Shown: piece after piece, positions 1 to 26,262 of the stretch
How the letters are laid out: each line of letters begins with the position of its first letter
Numbering within the stretch: position 1 is the stretch's first letter
Origin: Macrostomum hystrix
Lineage: Eukaryota; Animalia; Platyhelminthes
NCBI GenBank assembly: GCA_950097015.1
Contig: CATNEN010000001.1
Location: forward strand, 12,276,001-12,340,000
Direction of reading: 5' to 3'
Length of the DNA stretch: 64,000 nucleotides
Notes under the pieces: generated by a model
What the model was told of the DNA's origin: nothing
Databases searched by the model: none
What the model saw: the letters and a program-made list of their open reading frames with translations, nothing else
Translations under genes and position numbers: made by a program

Positions 1-114
1 ACCACTGAGCACCTTCAAATGTCTGTAGTAAAGTTGCATGACAATGATGAAGCATACTTTCAAATGTAAGCTAGACCGTTTTTTTAGATTGTTTATGAAT
101 GATGAATGACTTAC

Positions 115-840
115 AAAGTTTTCCTCCACAACATTATCAATGTAAAATATTGTATAAATGAATGATGTTCCAATTGGTAAGCAGCGTAGGCCATTGTAAC
201 AAATGCCTTTGATTTGCACAGGATCGATGCTTTTCTAAAAAATATTATGCTAATTTATCAGCAAGTTTTTTATTTATAATGTATCTAACTCCTAAAACAA
301 TCTTACAGTCTTAGGCCTGAAATCTTACAAAGATACTTATTTACTTATTGGGGACTTTTTAAACTTATTTTTGATAGGCCTAGAGAAAACTGTTTATTTT
401 TTTAATAGTTCGAAATTAGTCATACCTGAAGCAAAAACACATAATGGCCTTCTATATTAAAAATATAAACATAATGTCAATGATTATCACTGACATTGCT
501 AAGAAGCTAAACTAATTTTATAAATGTCTATTTGCTTAAATACTTCGTTAGCAACAATACACCAGATAGATTTACCAGCAGTACTTACTCCTTCAAGAAA
601 CTTAAGAATGGTGCACTTCAATCCATAAGAGAGGTTGGCCTTTACAGTTGGAAGCCAAAAAACATCAACAGTGGATTTTTCTCGGAAGGCACTGTCAATG
701 TCTAGCTCACACTGAGAACTGCCAATTGGAGAATCACAGTCATCAGCTGGGGAAATCTCAATAGTCTGTGGACAAAGTAAAAAACGGTTTTGCTTTGAAT
801 ATATTAAAACTGAGGCATATGCTTCCATCTTATTAGGCAA
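115..840 (-). CDS. Putative exons of an unidentified AT-rich multi-exon gene (candidate exons 840..589 and 234..115)
   Basis: Both segments are open in phase 0 and bounded by tag| acceptors and |GTAAGT donors (LPNKMEAY...KFLEG; KSIDPVQ...EENF). No recognisable domain. Confidence 0.3.
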
Positions 841-2780
841 CTAGTAGAGTAAGATACTTTTTCTAATCAAGAAAATCAAATAACTGATAATAAAAAATTA
901 CAATAAATCATTAGTAACACAGAAAACCTGATTCAGATAAAGTCATATAGTAAAGAATAAATTTAAGTGGACAAAATTATTATTATTAACACTTATATCA
1001 TTTTTTCTCGTCAAATCAAATGTTGTCGCGATATTTCCAAGATGGTTACAAAAACAAACAAATATTTTTTTCAGATATTTTTCAAATTATAATACTTCGT
1101 ATTTTTTATACTGAGTCAGATCCAATAATTTAAGATAAAAGCATTTTTTAATTCATGACACTTAAAGCTTATTGACACTGCTACTAAACGAAGCTGAAAC
1201 ACACCATCGTTCACTCTTTTCAATGAATATTTATTTAAACATCAAAGAAATGTCCACCGAAAAAGAAGTTTTTGATACATTTTCATACGAGAATTTATTT
1301 CAACGAATGAACGAGCTGAAATAATATTATTAATACATATCTTTGGTAATTGCTTCGGATAATTTCTTCGCTTAGTCAACTTTGATTTTTCTAAAGATTG
1401 ACGAGAGTGTACCTGTCATGAAAGAATTTGATTTGCATGAAAGATTTCTATTTTTCACACTCAGGCTTTCATATAGAGACCTAAGAACAGAGTTGGGGCG
1501 TTACGATCGTTACTAGTTATCAATATGGTAACGATGGTTACTTTTTTGCAGCGTCACTTTTTTCCGGTTACGGGAAACGAAAATGAAAATGGTGTGTATT
1601 TCTCGCTACGTGACAATTTTTCATTACCAATTTCCGAAAAATTTATATAATTAACAGGCTAGACATAATTTCTTATTCATTTGATGCGATCATAAATTAT
1701 AAAGACAGCTAGTTTCTAAAAGTTTAGACCAAACTTTTTACATTTTATTCATGAACTCTTTCAGTTCAATTACGTCATAACTGGATTTTAATTGTTTATC
1801 TGATTGAAAAGGTTAAAATTGCACGAACTAAGCTATAAATGAAGACTTGAAGCAGTACAAGTTGGTAAAGTATTTTTTATAATATTCGACTTAAGTTTCG
1901 GGAAAGATTAGAACGTGCTACTATTTTAGGCTCAATTAAGTAGTATATTTTGGTTATCGATAAGGAAACTATTTATTTAGTTTAGCACGGAGAATGGCAT
2001 TCTGCTTGGCAGTCACGAGATGCAGTCAGTAATACAGCTAGCAGTATGGTGGATCAGAAAACTATTTAAACAACCAGGCAGTCAGAAAGCTTATAAAAAT
2101 GCGGCAAAAAAAGTTTTTGAAAAGTGGCTAAGTTAGTTAAAGTACATTTTTAAAAGAGGAAGTGCACTTTTAAAATGGTCAGTTAAAGTAGCAACACAAA
2201 AATGGAGCAAATAAGGTAAAGCTAGAATTTTTGAATTATGTACACATGGAGTGATGACAGTCAGAAAATAAAATTAGGATCTTAATTGCGCGGGTTAAAA
2301 AAACTGCATTTCGTTGAGTTGCTTTGAAATGAAGAATTAGCAGATGGTTTATAAGAGCATTTTGTGAAGTGCAATATGAGTTTTGAGGCTCAGAAACTGG
2401 GCTCAGAAATGTTGAACACAAAATACAATTCACCTACAGGAGCAGAAAGATCAGCATCAGAAAAGTCTAAAACCGAGGACGCGGAAGTGCGGCGGTGCTG
2501 CGACAAAAATCAGGACTTGCAAAGTGCAAAAAAAACTGGTGCAATGAGTGCTTTGATGTGATTTTACTCTGTGCAGTAAAAGACGACAGTGTGCAAAAAG
2601 AATTTACGGAAACTAAATCAGAATTCGAGTGCAGAACCAAAGAGTGAATTAATCAAGAAATCAGAAAAACTGTTCGCGCAACTTAATAATGAGCCAAAAT
2701 GAGTTCTGTTTTTCCATTACCGGAGCCGGAAATAGTTTAAAAATGTAACCATGACAACGAGTCCGCCTTAGAGGTCGATT

Positions 2781-3015
2781 TCACTGGGCCCCGCGAACCG
2801 GCTCCAGAGCCCAGGTTTTGTCCAACGACACGGCGTCAGTCTTCTCGCCAACATCGCAGCAGTCGGCAGAGGCTGGCTTGCCTCCAGTCTGCAGCTTCTT
2901 CATCAGGAAGCTGAAAGGAGTCTCTGCCTGGCTTGCCGGATTGGCCTGTGCGGCCTCATTCGGATTCTCAGACTTGGCGTCTGTCTGAGCACCTTCAACA
3001 CTGCTGACAGCTTCG

Positions 3016-3047
<32 letters not shown>

Positions 3048-5006
3048 AGCGTTTCGACGACGAAACCGATTAGCACGGCGCGGAGTGGCATTGCCAATGG
3101 CCGATGCGGTGACAACTGGCTGCTGCTGCTGCTGCTGATGCGGCGGTGGCGGTGGCGGGGCGAACACGGGCGGCATTTTCAGCTCGCACACGTCGTGCAC
3201 ATGAAAGCAGTGCGGGCCGCGAGGACAGAAATTTCGGTTCTTATAGTCGAAGCAGAATGCAGTCTTGTACAGCGGATGCTTCCTGGGGTCGTGCAGCTCA
3301 GCTGGGTTGTGAGCGAACTGGCAGGTCTTGCCGCGAGGACAGGCGCCCTTCTCCTGGACGTCGCGACACAGTTCTGTCTTGTACAGGATGTTGTGCATGT
3401 AGCCATTTTTGCGACGCGGCGTCATTGGAAACGGCGCCTGCTGGTTCTCGCAATGCGGCTGGCGAGTGGCCGAGCTGCCGTTGTCAGCGGGAACTGACTG
3501 CGGACGATTGTTGGAGTACCGCTGCTGCTGCTGCTGCTGGTGCTGCTGGTGCGGAGGGCAGCTGGGCTGCTGATGGTAATCATTGTAGCCTGCAAATATG
3601 TTTTTGGTAAGGGAGACAATTAGATCTACAAATTTTATCTACTCTAGTCTATTCAGTCTATTCAGGGTGGTTAATCTATTCAGTGGGTGGTTAATCTATT
3701 CAGTGAGTGAGTCTATTCAGGGGTGAGTCTATTCAGGGGGTGTGTCTACTCTGGGGGTCAGTCTACTCTGGGGGTCAGTCTACTCTGGGGGTCAGTCTAT
3801 TCAGTCAGGAGGTCAGTCTATTCAGTCAGGGGGTCAGTCTATTCAGGGGGTCAGTCTATTCAGGGGGTCAGTCTATTCAGGGGGTCAGTCTACTCTGGGG
3901 TCAGTCTATTCAGTCAGGAGGTCAGTCTATTCAGGAGGTCAGTCTATTCAGGGGGTCAGTCTATTCAGGGGGTCAGTCTACTCTGGGGTCAGTCTACTCT
4001 GGGGTCAGTCTACTCTGGGGTCAGTCTATTCAGGGGGTCAGTCTATTCAGGGGGTCAGTCTATTCAGGGGGTCAGTCTACTCTGGGGGTCAGTCTATTCA
4101 GTCAGGAGGTCAGTCTATTCAGGGGGTCAGTCTATTCAGGGGGTCAGTCTATTCAGGGGGTCAGTCTATTCAGGGGGTCAGTCTATTCAGGGGGTCAGTC
4201 TATTCAGGGGGTCAGTCTACTAATGGGGTCACACAGAAGATGAGCTTACCGCTATAGGCACTGCTGGCATTGATATTGTAGCCAGACTGTGGAGTCTGGA
4301 GCGGCGGCGGTGGCACGGAGATCGGCACCTGAAATAGCGGCTGCAGCTGCGGCTGAACTGGCGGCGACATCAGGAAGGCTGGTGGCAGCTGCGGTATAGC
4401 TACTGGAGACTCGCCATCACCGGCCGTAGGCGGCTGCTGTTGCTGGGGGGGTCCGTGTGGACCAGCTGAAGGCGGGCAGCAGTACGAATAGTAGACCATC
4501 GATGGCGGCGGTGGTGGCAGGTAGGGGTTGACAAGGTAGGAACCGAGCTGCTGCTGCTGCTGCTGCTCTTGCTGCTGCTGCTGCTGCTGCTGCTGCTGAG
4601 TGTTCGCGGCCTTCGTTTGTGAAGTAGGCTGCTGCTGCATGTGCAGTGGAGGCGGTGGTGGCATGCCATTAGCATAGGCCGCGGCTGCCATATGCTGCTG
4701 GTACTGCATGTAGTAAAATGCAGCAGCAGCAGCAGCAGCAGCATCAGGCAGCATCGGCCCGCACTGCTGAGCCTGTGCTGCTGTGCTATACAATGGATCC
4801 GGGTACATCAGTGGCACGCCCGGCTGGTAACTCATGTAGGGCATCCAAGGAGGCTGTTGTGGCACACGGCCGTAATCTATAACTTGCCCAGCGCCATTGA
4901 CCGGCACGTTCTGCTCGTCCTGATTCACATCGATGTTGGAGTTGGCCGGATCCGCTGAATTAACTGTCGGAGCTGAAGCTGCAATTTGCTGTTGCTGATC
5001 CTCCAT
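2781..5006 (-). CDS. TIS11/ZFP36-like tandem CCCH zinc-finger RNA-binding protein, 2 exons (5006..4250, 3589..2781), 521 aa, with Gln/Pro/Tyr-rich N-terminus
   Basis: ATG at 5006; phase-1 donor G|GTAAGC at 4250/4249 and acceptor tttgcag| at 3590 join in frame. Two C-x8-C-x5-C-x3-H fingers with YKTEL/YKTAF lead-ins and an 18-aa linker. Confidence 0.85.
3645..4222. repeat. ~17-bp minisatellite (GGGGGTCAGTCTATTCA, variant ...CTACTCT) filling the intron of the CCCH gene
   Basis: Direct tandem periodicity. Confidence 0.95.
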
Positions 5007-5089
5007 TTCGTTCAAAATTTTGTTTAGCCTAAATAAATCAAATAGACCAGAAGTTACTGCAAAGATAGGTTCGGTGTTGCACGCGTGTG

Positions 5090-5195
5090 TTATTTATACT
5101 GGGTGTTTCGTCGGGTCCTTTCTTTAGCCCAATTAGCGTATGTTGGTCCGCCGCAAACAGTCTGCGTGGGGTTGGTGACGCTGTCTGATTGGTGG
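5090..5195 (-). promoter_or_regulatory. Candidate core promoter of the CCCH gene
   Basis: TATAAATA on minus at ~5098..5091, about 85 nt upstream of the ATG; CCAAT-type motifs near 5128 and 5187. Confidence 0.45.
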
Positions 5196-6337
5196 GGTTA
5201 AGGGGACGGAAAAGTTTATGGCCCCGCGTGGCGCGCTGAGGTGGCGGGCGCCTATCTGGGGTGGTGGGTGTTGTTCAGTCGGCGGGTTTGGCAGGGCTTG
5301 GCTTGGGCTTGGTTGGGGTTAGAGGAGGATGAGTCATCGTGCAGGCAGGCTGTTTGTGCAGGCACGTCACGAAAACACACTGAGGCGACAAAAATTAAAC
5401 AAAAATTGTGACACTTCTCATGCAAAGGGATTGGTGACAGTTGAATTTTAATAATTATATTGTGACCGAACAGCAGCAACTGTTAGCGCATTTTTCCGAT
5501 CTATATCAGACAGTGTTTACAGTACATGCGTCAACGAATTAAATTCATAATTGTCATTTGAAAGCAGGCAATAGGCACGGGGTGCAAAAGTGTTCTGGCA
5601 AAAAAGGCATCACCAACAACAGCACGATGCGTTTAGTTGCAAAAATGCCGGCGTGTCATGGCTGCAGACTGCATGCTGAAATGCCATCATGGTGCCCTAT
5701 TTGTTCCAGCTGAAATTACCAGACCCATTCATTGTCTCACAGTTGCTAGTTAATCTGCAAAACGATTGTTAAAAAGTTATTTTGTAATCTTTAAGTTATA
5801 AAAAGTTACAGTTAAATGCCATTAGCGCAATATCTTAGCTCAGCAGCCTAGCAACTAAGTCAGTCCGTATTATTTGTTTTCATTTGCCTAGGGCCCTGGC
5901 CCACCAGTAAGCTCGCACGGAAACTAGAGAATCATTTTCATTGGCTTCGACCAATTTGTGCCCACCAGCTAGCAACCATTGAACTCACTAGCCTTTTCTA
6001 ATTTACAGAACAATATTTTGTCACATTAGTAAATCGGTACCAATATTTTTCCGAGGCGGCAGCGATAATAGTTGCCATGCAGTAGAATTTCGTATTACTC
6101 TTCCTACTATTTAGATTTATCTTGCACAGTTTAATAATAATATTTTATGAAGTTTAACAAAAGTGAGACTAACGTGCTAAATCAAAATGCATATGTAGTG
6201 CTGATCCGACCTGTACAATTCCTATTCCTACCCAGAAGAATTCTATGATAGGTTTTTTATAGTTTTATGATAGATTTTTTGTATAGTCGTAGATAATGTC
6301 TGAAGGAAAATTCATTCGCTTATTCCACCTCCTTCCA

Positions 6338-7325
6338 TGCACTGCTTCCGCCTCCCTTCAATGCTTCCGCCACCCTTCACTGCTTCCGCCTTTCTTCACT
6401 GCTTCCGCCTCCCTTCCCTGCTTCCGCCTCCGTTCACTGCTTCCGCCTACTTTCACTGCTTCCGCCTCCCTTCACTGCTTCCGCCTCCCTTCACTGCTTC
6501 TGCCTTCGTTCACCGCTTCCCCCTTCTTTCACTGCTTGCGCCTCCCTTCACTGCTTCCGCCTCCCTTCACTGCTTCTGCCTTCGTTCACCGCTTCCCCCT
6601 TCTTTCACTGCTTGCGCCTCCCTTCACTGCTTCCGCCTCCCTTCACTGCTTCCGCCTCCCTTCACTGCTTCCGCCTCCCTTCACTGCTTCTGCCTTCGTT
6701 CACCGCTTCCCCCTTCTTTCACTGCTTGCGCCTCCCTTCCCTGCTTCCGCCTCCCTTCAATGCTTCCGCCACCCTTCACTGCTTCCGCCACCCTTCACTG
6801 CTTCCGCCTCCCTTCACTGCTTCCGCCTTTCTTCACTGCTTCCGCCTCCCTTCACTGCTTCCGCCACCCTTCACTGCTTCCGCCACCCTTCACTGCTTCC
6901 GCCTCCCTTCAATGCTTCCGCCACCCTTCACTGCTTCCGCCTCCCTTCACTGCTTCCGCCACCCTTCACTGCTTCCGCCACCCTTCACTGCTTCCGCCTC
7001 CCTTCAATGCTTGCGCCTCCCTTCACTGCTTCCGCCTCCCTTCAATGCTTCCGCCACCCTTCACTGCTTCCGCCTTTCTTCACTGCTTCCGCCTCCCTTC
7101 AATGCTTCCGCCACCCTTCACTGCTTCCGCCTTTCTTCACTGCTTCCGCCTCCCTTCCCTGCTTCCGCCTCCGTTCACTGCTTCCGCCACCCTTCACTGC
7201 TTCCGCCTCCCTTCACTGCCTTCGTTCACCGCTTCCCCCTTCTTTCACTGCTTGCGCCTCCCTTCCCTGCTTCCGCCTCCCTTCACTGCTTCTGCCTCCC
7301 TTCACTGCTTCCGCCTTCCTTCACT
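6338..7325. repeat. 19-bp pyrimidine-rich minisatellite (TTCACTGCTTCCGCCTCCC)
   Basis: Tandem periodicity; the ORFs in all three + frames are repeat artefacts. Confidence 0.95.
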
Positions 7326-8191
7326 TCTTCCTTGACTTCCTCTTCCGCTCTCTTTCTCGTGTACAAACCATCTGATCCAAATATTCCAGGATGTCAGCAC
7401 GAAATTTTTGTGATTTTTGTGATGGTTAATTGGTTAACAATACTCAATATAACGAACATGATAGATTAATAAATTAAACATTTCCCAGTTTAGGTTACCT
7501 GGGCAGCAAATTGACGCCGCTAAAGCTATTACAGATGCCTGCCTGCTACAGTTAGAAACGAAGTGCTTCACTCTCTCCCGGGTCTCATCTCTTCCCCTGG
7601 CTCATCTAGTGAAGTTAGTAAGTGGGATCGATGGACAGCGTCTGGCCCACAATTTACTTTTAATCGTTGGAAATTCTATAACCGCGTCGGCCGGGTCTGA
7701 CATGTACCCATGGTTTATAGTAAAAACAATTATCGTACCTATTAAGTATAATAATAAACGATTTTTAATTACAGCCCTGGAGAAGTATAATTGCCGAAGA
7801 AATATATGAACTAATTTCTAGCCTCAAAATCTCAATAAATGTGCAGGATAAATACAGCCTGAAGATCTGTTAAAGTCCCCTCAGGACTTAATTTCTCTTA
7901 CTTTCTTCCCCATCAGCACCTGCAAGGTTTTCCGACACGCGAAAAATTAGCAAAAAAAGTTAAATAAATATTCTTTAATCTTTGCGTGAAAAAACGGAAT
8001 ACATAGAGTAAAGTAGATTATTGGCAAGTATAAACATAAAAATACCGTTGCGATGATATGTTTATGTCACGTTTTTATTGTTATAATGCTTATTTTAGCG
8101 ATTTTTTGACAGCGCCATTTTCTGAGAACGAAAAAGTGGGTTAGAAAATTTTTTTTATGCTTTGATTAAAAATTAGAATACATTTATCATT

Positions 8192-21527
<13,336 letters not shown>

Positions 21528-21795
21528 ATACGAGTACTCCGAGACTCCGGTAGTCGCAACGAGAAAAAAATGATAGAGAATATAACAAGCTACTTTCGAA
21601 TGCGTAACAAAATCATAACTCACTGTTCATAAGAGAAATCTTGATCGTTCGCTTGTAACTTGAAGTAAATTGTAACATCCGAAAAATGCTTTGAAAAAAT
21701 AAGCATTCTATATACTTTGAGCGCAAATGTGTGCAATACGAGCTAGTGATATCTGTGTTTTGTGAACTACTTTCGCAAAGCTGCTTGCAGGATGC

Positions 21796-21801
21796 AATAA
21801 A
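21796..21801 (+). terminator. Candidate UPB1 polyadenylation signal AATAAA
   Basis: About 270 nt downstream of the stop, just before the satellite. Confidence 0.5.
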
Positions 21802-21837
21802 GTAAGCCAGGGTTGAACGAAACTGGACGATAGATGA

Positions 21838-24800
21838 GGCTAGCTGACCTGAGGAACTGAAGGATTGAGACTAGCTGACCTGAGGAACTGAAGGATTGAT
21901 GCTAGCTGACCTGAGGAACTGAAGGATTGAGACTAGCTGACCTGAGGAACTGAAGGATTGAGACTAGCTGACCTGAGGAACTCAAGGATTGAGACTAGCT
22001 GACCTGAGGAACTCAAGGATTGAGGCTAGCTGACCTGAGGAACTCAAGGATTGAGGCTAGCTGACCTGAGGAACTCAAGGATTGAGGCTAGCTGACCTGA
22101 GGAACTCAAGGATTGAGGCTAGCTGACCTGAGGAACTCAAGGATTGTTGCTAGCTGACTTGAGGAACTGAAGGATTGAGACTAGCTGACTTGAGGAACTC
22201 AAGGATTGAGACTAGCTGACTTGAGGAACTCAAGGATTGAGACTAGCTGACTTGAGGAACTCAAGGATTGAGACTAGCTGACTTGAGAAACTGAAGGATT
22301 GAGACTAGCTGACCTGAGGAACTCAAGGATTGAGACTAGCTGACTTGAGAAACTGAAGGATTGATGCTAGCTGACTTGAGGAACTGAAGGATTGAGACTA
22401 GCTGACCTGAGGAACTGAAGGATTGAGGCTAGCTGACCTGAGGAACTGAAGGATTGAGGCTAGCTGACCTGAGGAACTGAAGGATTGAGACTAGCTGACC
22501 TGAGGAACTGAAGGATTGATGCTAGCTGACCTGAGGAACTGAAGGATTGAGACTAGCTGACCTGAGGAACTGAAGGATTGAGACTAGCTGACCTGAGGAA
22601 CTGAAGGATTGAGACTAGCTGACCTGAGGAACTGAAGGATTGAGACTAGCTGACCTGAGGAACTGAAGGATTGAGGCTAGCTGACCTGAGGAACTGAAGG
22701 ATTGAGACTAGCTGACCTGAGGAACTGAAGGATTGATGCTAGCTGACCTGAGGAACTGAAGGATTGAGACTAGCTGACCTGAGGAACTGAAGGATTGAGA
22801 CTAGCTGACCTGAGGAACTGAAGGATTGAGACTAGCTGACCTGAGGAACTGAAGGATTGAGACTAGCTGACCTGAGGAACTGAAGGATTGATGCTAGCTG
22901 ACCTGAGGAACTGAAGGATTGAGACTAGCTGACCTGAGGAACTGAAGGATTGAGACTAGCTGACCTGAGGAACTGAAGGATTGAGACTAGCTGACCTGAG
23001 GAACTGAAGGATTGAGACTAGCTGACCTGAGGAACTGAAGGATTGAGACTAGCTGACCTGAGGAACTCAAGGATTGAGACTAGCTGACTTGAGGAACTGA
23101 AGGATTGAGACTAGCTGACCTGAGGAACTCAAGGATTGATGCTAGCTGACTTGAGGAACTGAAGGATTGAGACTAGCTGACCTGAGGAACTCAAGGATTG
23201 AGACTAGCTGACCTGAGGAACTCAAGGATTGAGGCTAGCTGACCTGAGGAACTCAAGGATTGAGGCTAGCTGACCTGAGGAACTCAAGGATTGAGGCTAG
23301 CTGACCTGAGGAACTCAAGGATTGAGGCTAGCTGACCTGAGGAACTCAAGGATTGAGGCTAGCTGACCTGAGGAACTCAAGGATTGATGCTAGCTGACTT
23401 GAGGAACTGAAGGATTGAGACTAGCTGACCTGAGGAACTCAAGGATTGAGACTAGCTGACTTGAAGAACTCAAGGATTGAGAGTAGCTGACTTGAGGAAC
23501 TCAAGGATTGAGACTAGCTGACTTGAGAAACTGAAGGATTGAGACTAGCTGACCTGAGGAACTCAAGGATTGAGACTAGCTGACTTGAGAAACTGAAGGA
23601 TTGATGCTAGCTGACTTGAGGAACTGAAGGATTGAGACTAGCTGACCTGAGGAACTGAAGGATTGAGGCTAGCTGACCTGAGGAACTGAAGGATTGAGGC
23701 TAGCTGACCTGAGGAACTCAAGGATTGAGGCTAGCTGACCTGAGGAACTGAAGGATTGAGGCTAGCTGACCTGAGGAACTCAAGGATTGAGACTAGCTGA
23801 CCTGAGGAACTGAAGGATTGAGGCTAGCTGACCTGAGGAACTCAAGGATTGAGACTAGCTGACCTGAGGAACTGAAGGATTGAGACTAGCTGACCTGAGG
23901 AACTGAAGGATTGAGACTAGCTGACCTGAGGAACTGAAGGATTGAGACTAGCTGACCTGAGGAACTGAAGGATTGAGACTAGCTGACCTGAGGAACTGAA
24001 GGATTGAGACTAGCTGACCTGAGGAACTGAAGGATTGAGACTAGCTGACCTGAGGAACTGAAGGATTGATGCTAGCTGACCTGAGGAACTGAAGGATTGA
24101 GACTAGCTGACCTGAGGAACTGAAGGATTGAGACTAGCTGACCTGAGGAACTGAAGGATTGAGACTAGCTGACCTGAGGAACTGAAGGATTGAGACTAGC
24201 TGACCTGAGGAACTGAAGGATTGAGACTAGCTGACCTGAGGAACTCAAGGATTGAGACTAGCTGACTTGAGGAACTGAAGGATTGAGACTAGCTGACCTG
24301 AGGAACTCAAGGATTGATGCTAGCTGACTTGAGGAACTGAAGGATTGAGACTAGCTGACCTGAGGAACTCAAGGATTGAGACTAGCTGACCTGAGGAACT
24401 CAAGGATTGAGGCTAGCTGACCTGAGGAACTCAAGGATTGAGGCTAGCTGACCTGAGGAACTCAAGGATTGAGGCTAGCTGACCTGAGGAACTCAAGGAT
24501 TGAGGCTAGCTGACCTGAGGAACTCAAGGATTGAGGCTAGCTGACCTGAGGAACTCAAGGATTGATGCTAGCTGACTTGAGGAACTGAAGGATTGAGACT
24601 AGCTGACCTGAGGAACTCAAGGATTGAGACTAGCTGACTTGAAGAACTCAAGGATTGAGACTAGCTGACCTGAGGAACTCAAGGATTGAGAGTAGCTGAC
24701 TTGAGGAACTCAAGGATTGAGACTAGCTGACTTGAGAAACTGAAGGATTGAGACTAGCTGACCTGAGGAACTCAAGGATTGAGACTAGCTGACTTGAGAA

Positions 24801-25254
24801 ACTGAAGGATTGATGCTAGCTGACTTGAGGAACTGAAGGATTGAGACTAGCTGACCTGAGGAACTGAAGGATTGAGGCTAGCTGACCTGAGGAACTGAAG
24901 GATTGAGGCTAGCTGACCTGAGGAACTCAAGGATTGAGGCTAGCTGACCTGAGGAACTGAAGGATTGAGGCTAGCTGACCTGAGGAACTCAAGGATTGAG
25001 ACTAGCTGACCTGAGGAACTGAAGGATTGAGGCTAGCTGACCTGAGGAACTCAAGGATTGAGACTAGCTGACCTGAGGAACTGAAGGATTGAGACTAGCT
25101 GACCTGAGGAACTGAAGGATTGAGACTAGCTGACCTGAGGAACTGAAGGATTGAGACTAGCTGACCTGAGGAACTGAAGGATTGAGACTAGCTGACCTGA
25201 GGAACTGAAGGATTGAGACTAGCTGACCTGAGGAACTGAAGGATTGAGACTAGC
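21838..25254. repeat. 31-bp satellite (CTAGCTGACCTGAGGAACTGAAGGATTGAGA), about 110 copies
   Basis: Direct periodicity; variant blocks recur at about 1.2 kb. Confidence 0.97.
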
Positions 25255-25830
25255 CAAGGTGCACCGCGGTCATCCACCTCGAGTGACAACATCCAGCATG
25301 TGCTCCACGATGATCGTGTGGAACTCTTAGCAACCCTGAGCCAGTTAGAGGACATGTTGGAGATACCAATGAAGAGCATTCATCGCTTCATCTCTGAGTC
25401 TCTGACCATCTTGACCATCTGCATATGGCACGAATTGTTGCACGATGGGTCCCTAAACGGCTGACTCCCATCCAGCTGCAGAAGGGGGTCCAGATGTGCC
25501 GCCACGTGACTGGTGATGAAATGTAGCTTCACTTTTAGGAACCGGAAAACCAAACAGGACAGCAGCGTCTGGAAGCGTAGCGTACTCGCCGGTCAAGGCT
25601 AATGCGGTGCAGTCAGCAGGTAAGCGCATGGCCACCTGTCTGGGACAGAGAAGGCATCTTGCTGATCGAGTGGCTACCTGAAGGCAGAACCATCAATGCC
25701 CAGTACTACTGTGAAATATTGGAACGGCTGCATGAGTAGAGCAAGAGTGAGCGCCGAGAAAGGATCACCAGGGGCATTGTGCTGCAGCAGGACAACGCCA
25801 GGCTGTATACCTGCAATGCAAGTATGGATG
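25255..25830 (+). pseudogene. Degenerate mariner transposase
   Basis: Frame-broken segments GAPRSSTSSDNIQHV, ARWVPKRLT (WVPHEL-type motif), SAGKRMAT, WDREGILLIEWLPEGRTINAQYYCEIL, LQQDNAR. Confidence 0.85.
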
Positions 25831-26262
25831 TCATCAGTACACTATTACTACTTTATTACTTTACTACTGTATTACTTTAATGAGTGCGAACTGCGAATCC
25901 ATTCAAACACTGTCTCTTAATTTTTGATGAATGATTATGATGTCAAATTCTGTGACTTTTCGTCAGAACTCCGAGTCCACACTCCAGACAACCTAAAGGA
26001 AGCTTGAAAACATATATGCTTTGCAAAAGCGATGTCCTCGACTCTGGAAAATTTCTGCAAAAAAGACATTCTAATTCTAAGAAAATATTTACGAACTGGC
26101 CAGTTGTCAATTTACGTTAAACCCGAAAGTAGACTTCTTGACTAGTGTTTATAGTACATAATATATCAAAACGGCATCAGATTTTATGTGCTTCTTGGAA
26201 GAAAAACAACATTAAGCGTAAGTTTTCCATAAAAAAGGCAAATCCAGAGCTTCAAAATCAGT

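Noticed and set aside
21838-25254. CRISPR-like regular array
   Set aside because: Head-to-tail monomers with no spacers, no cas genes, eukaryotic context
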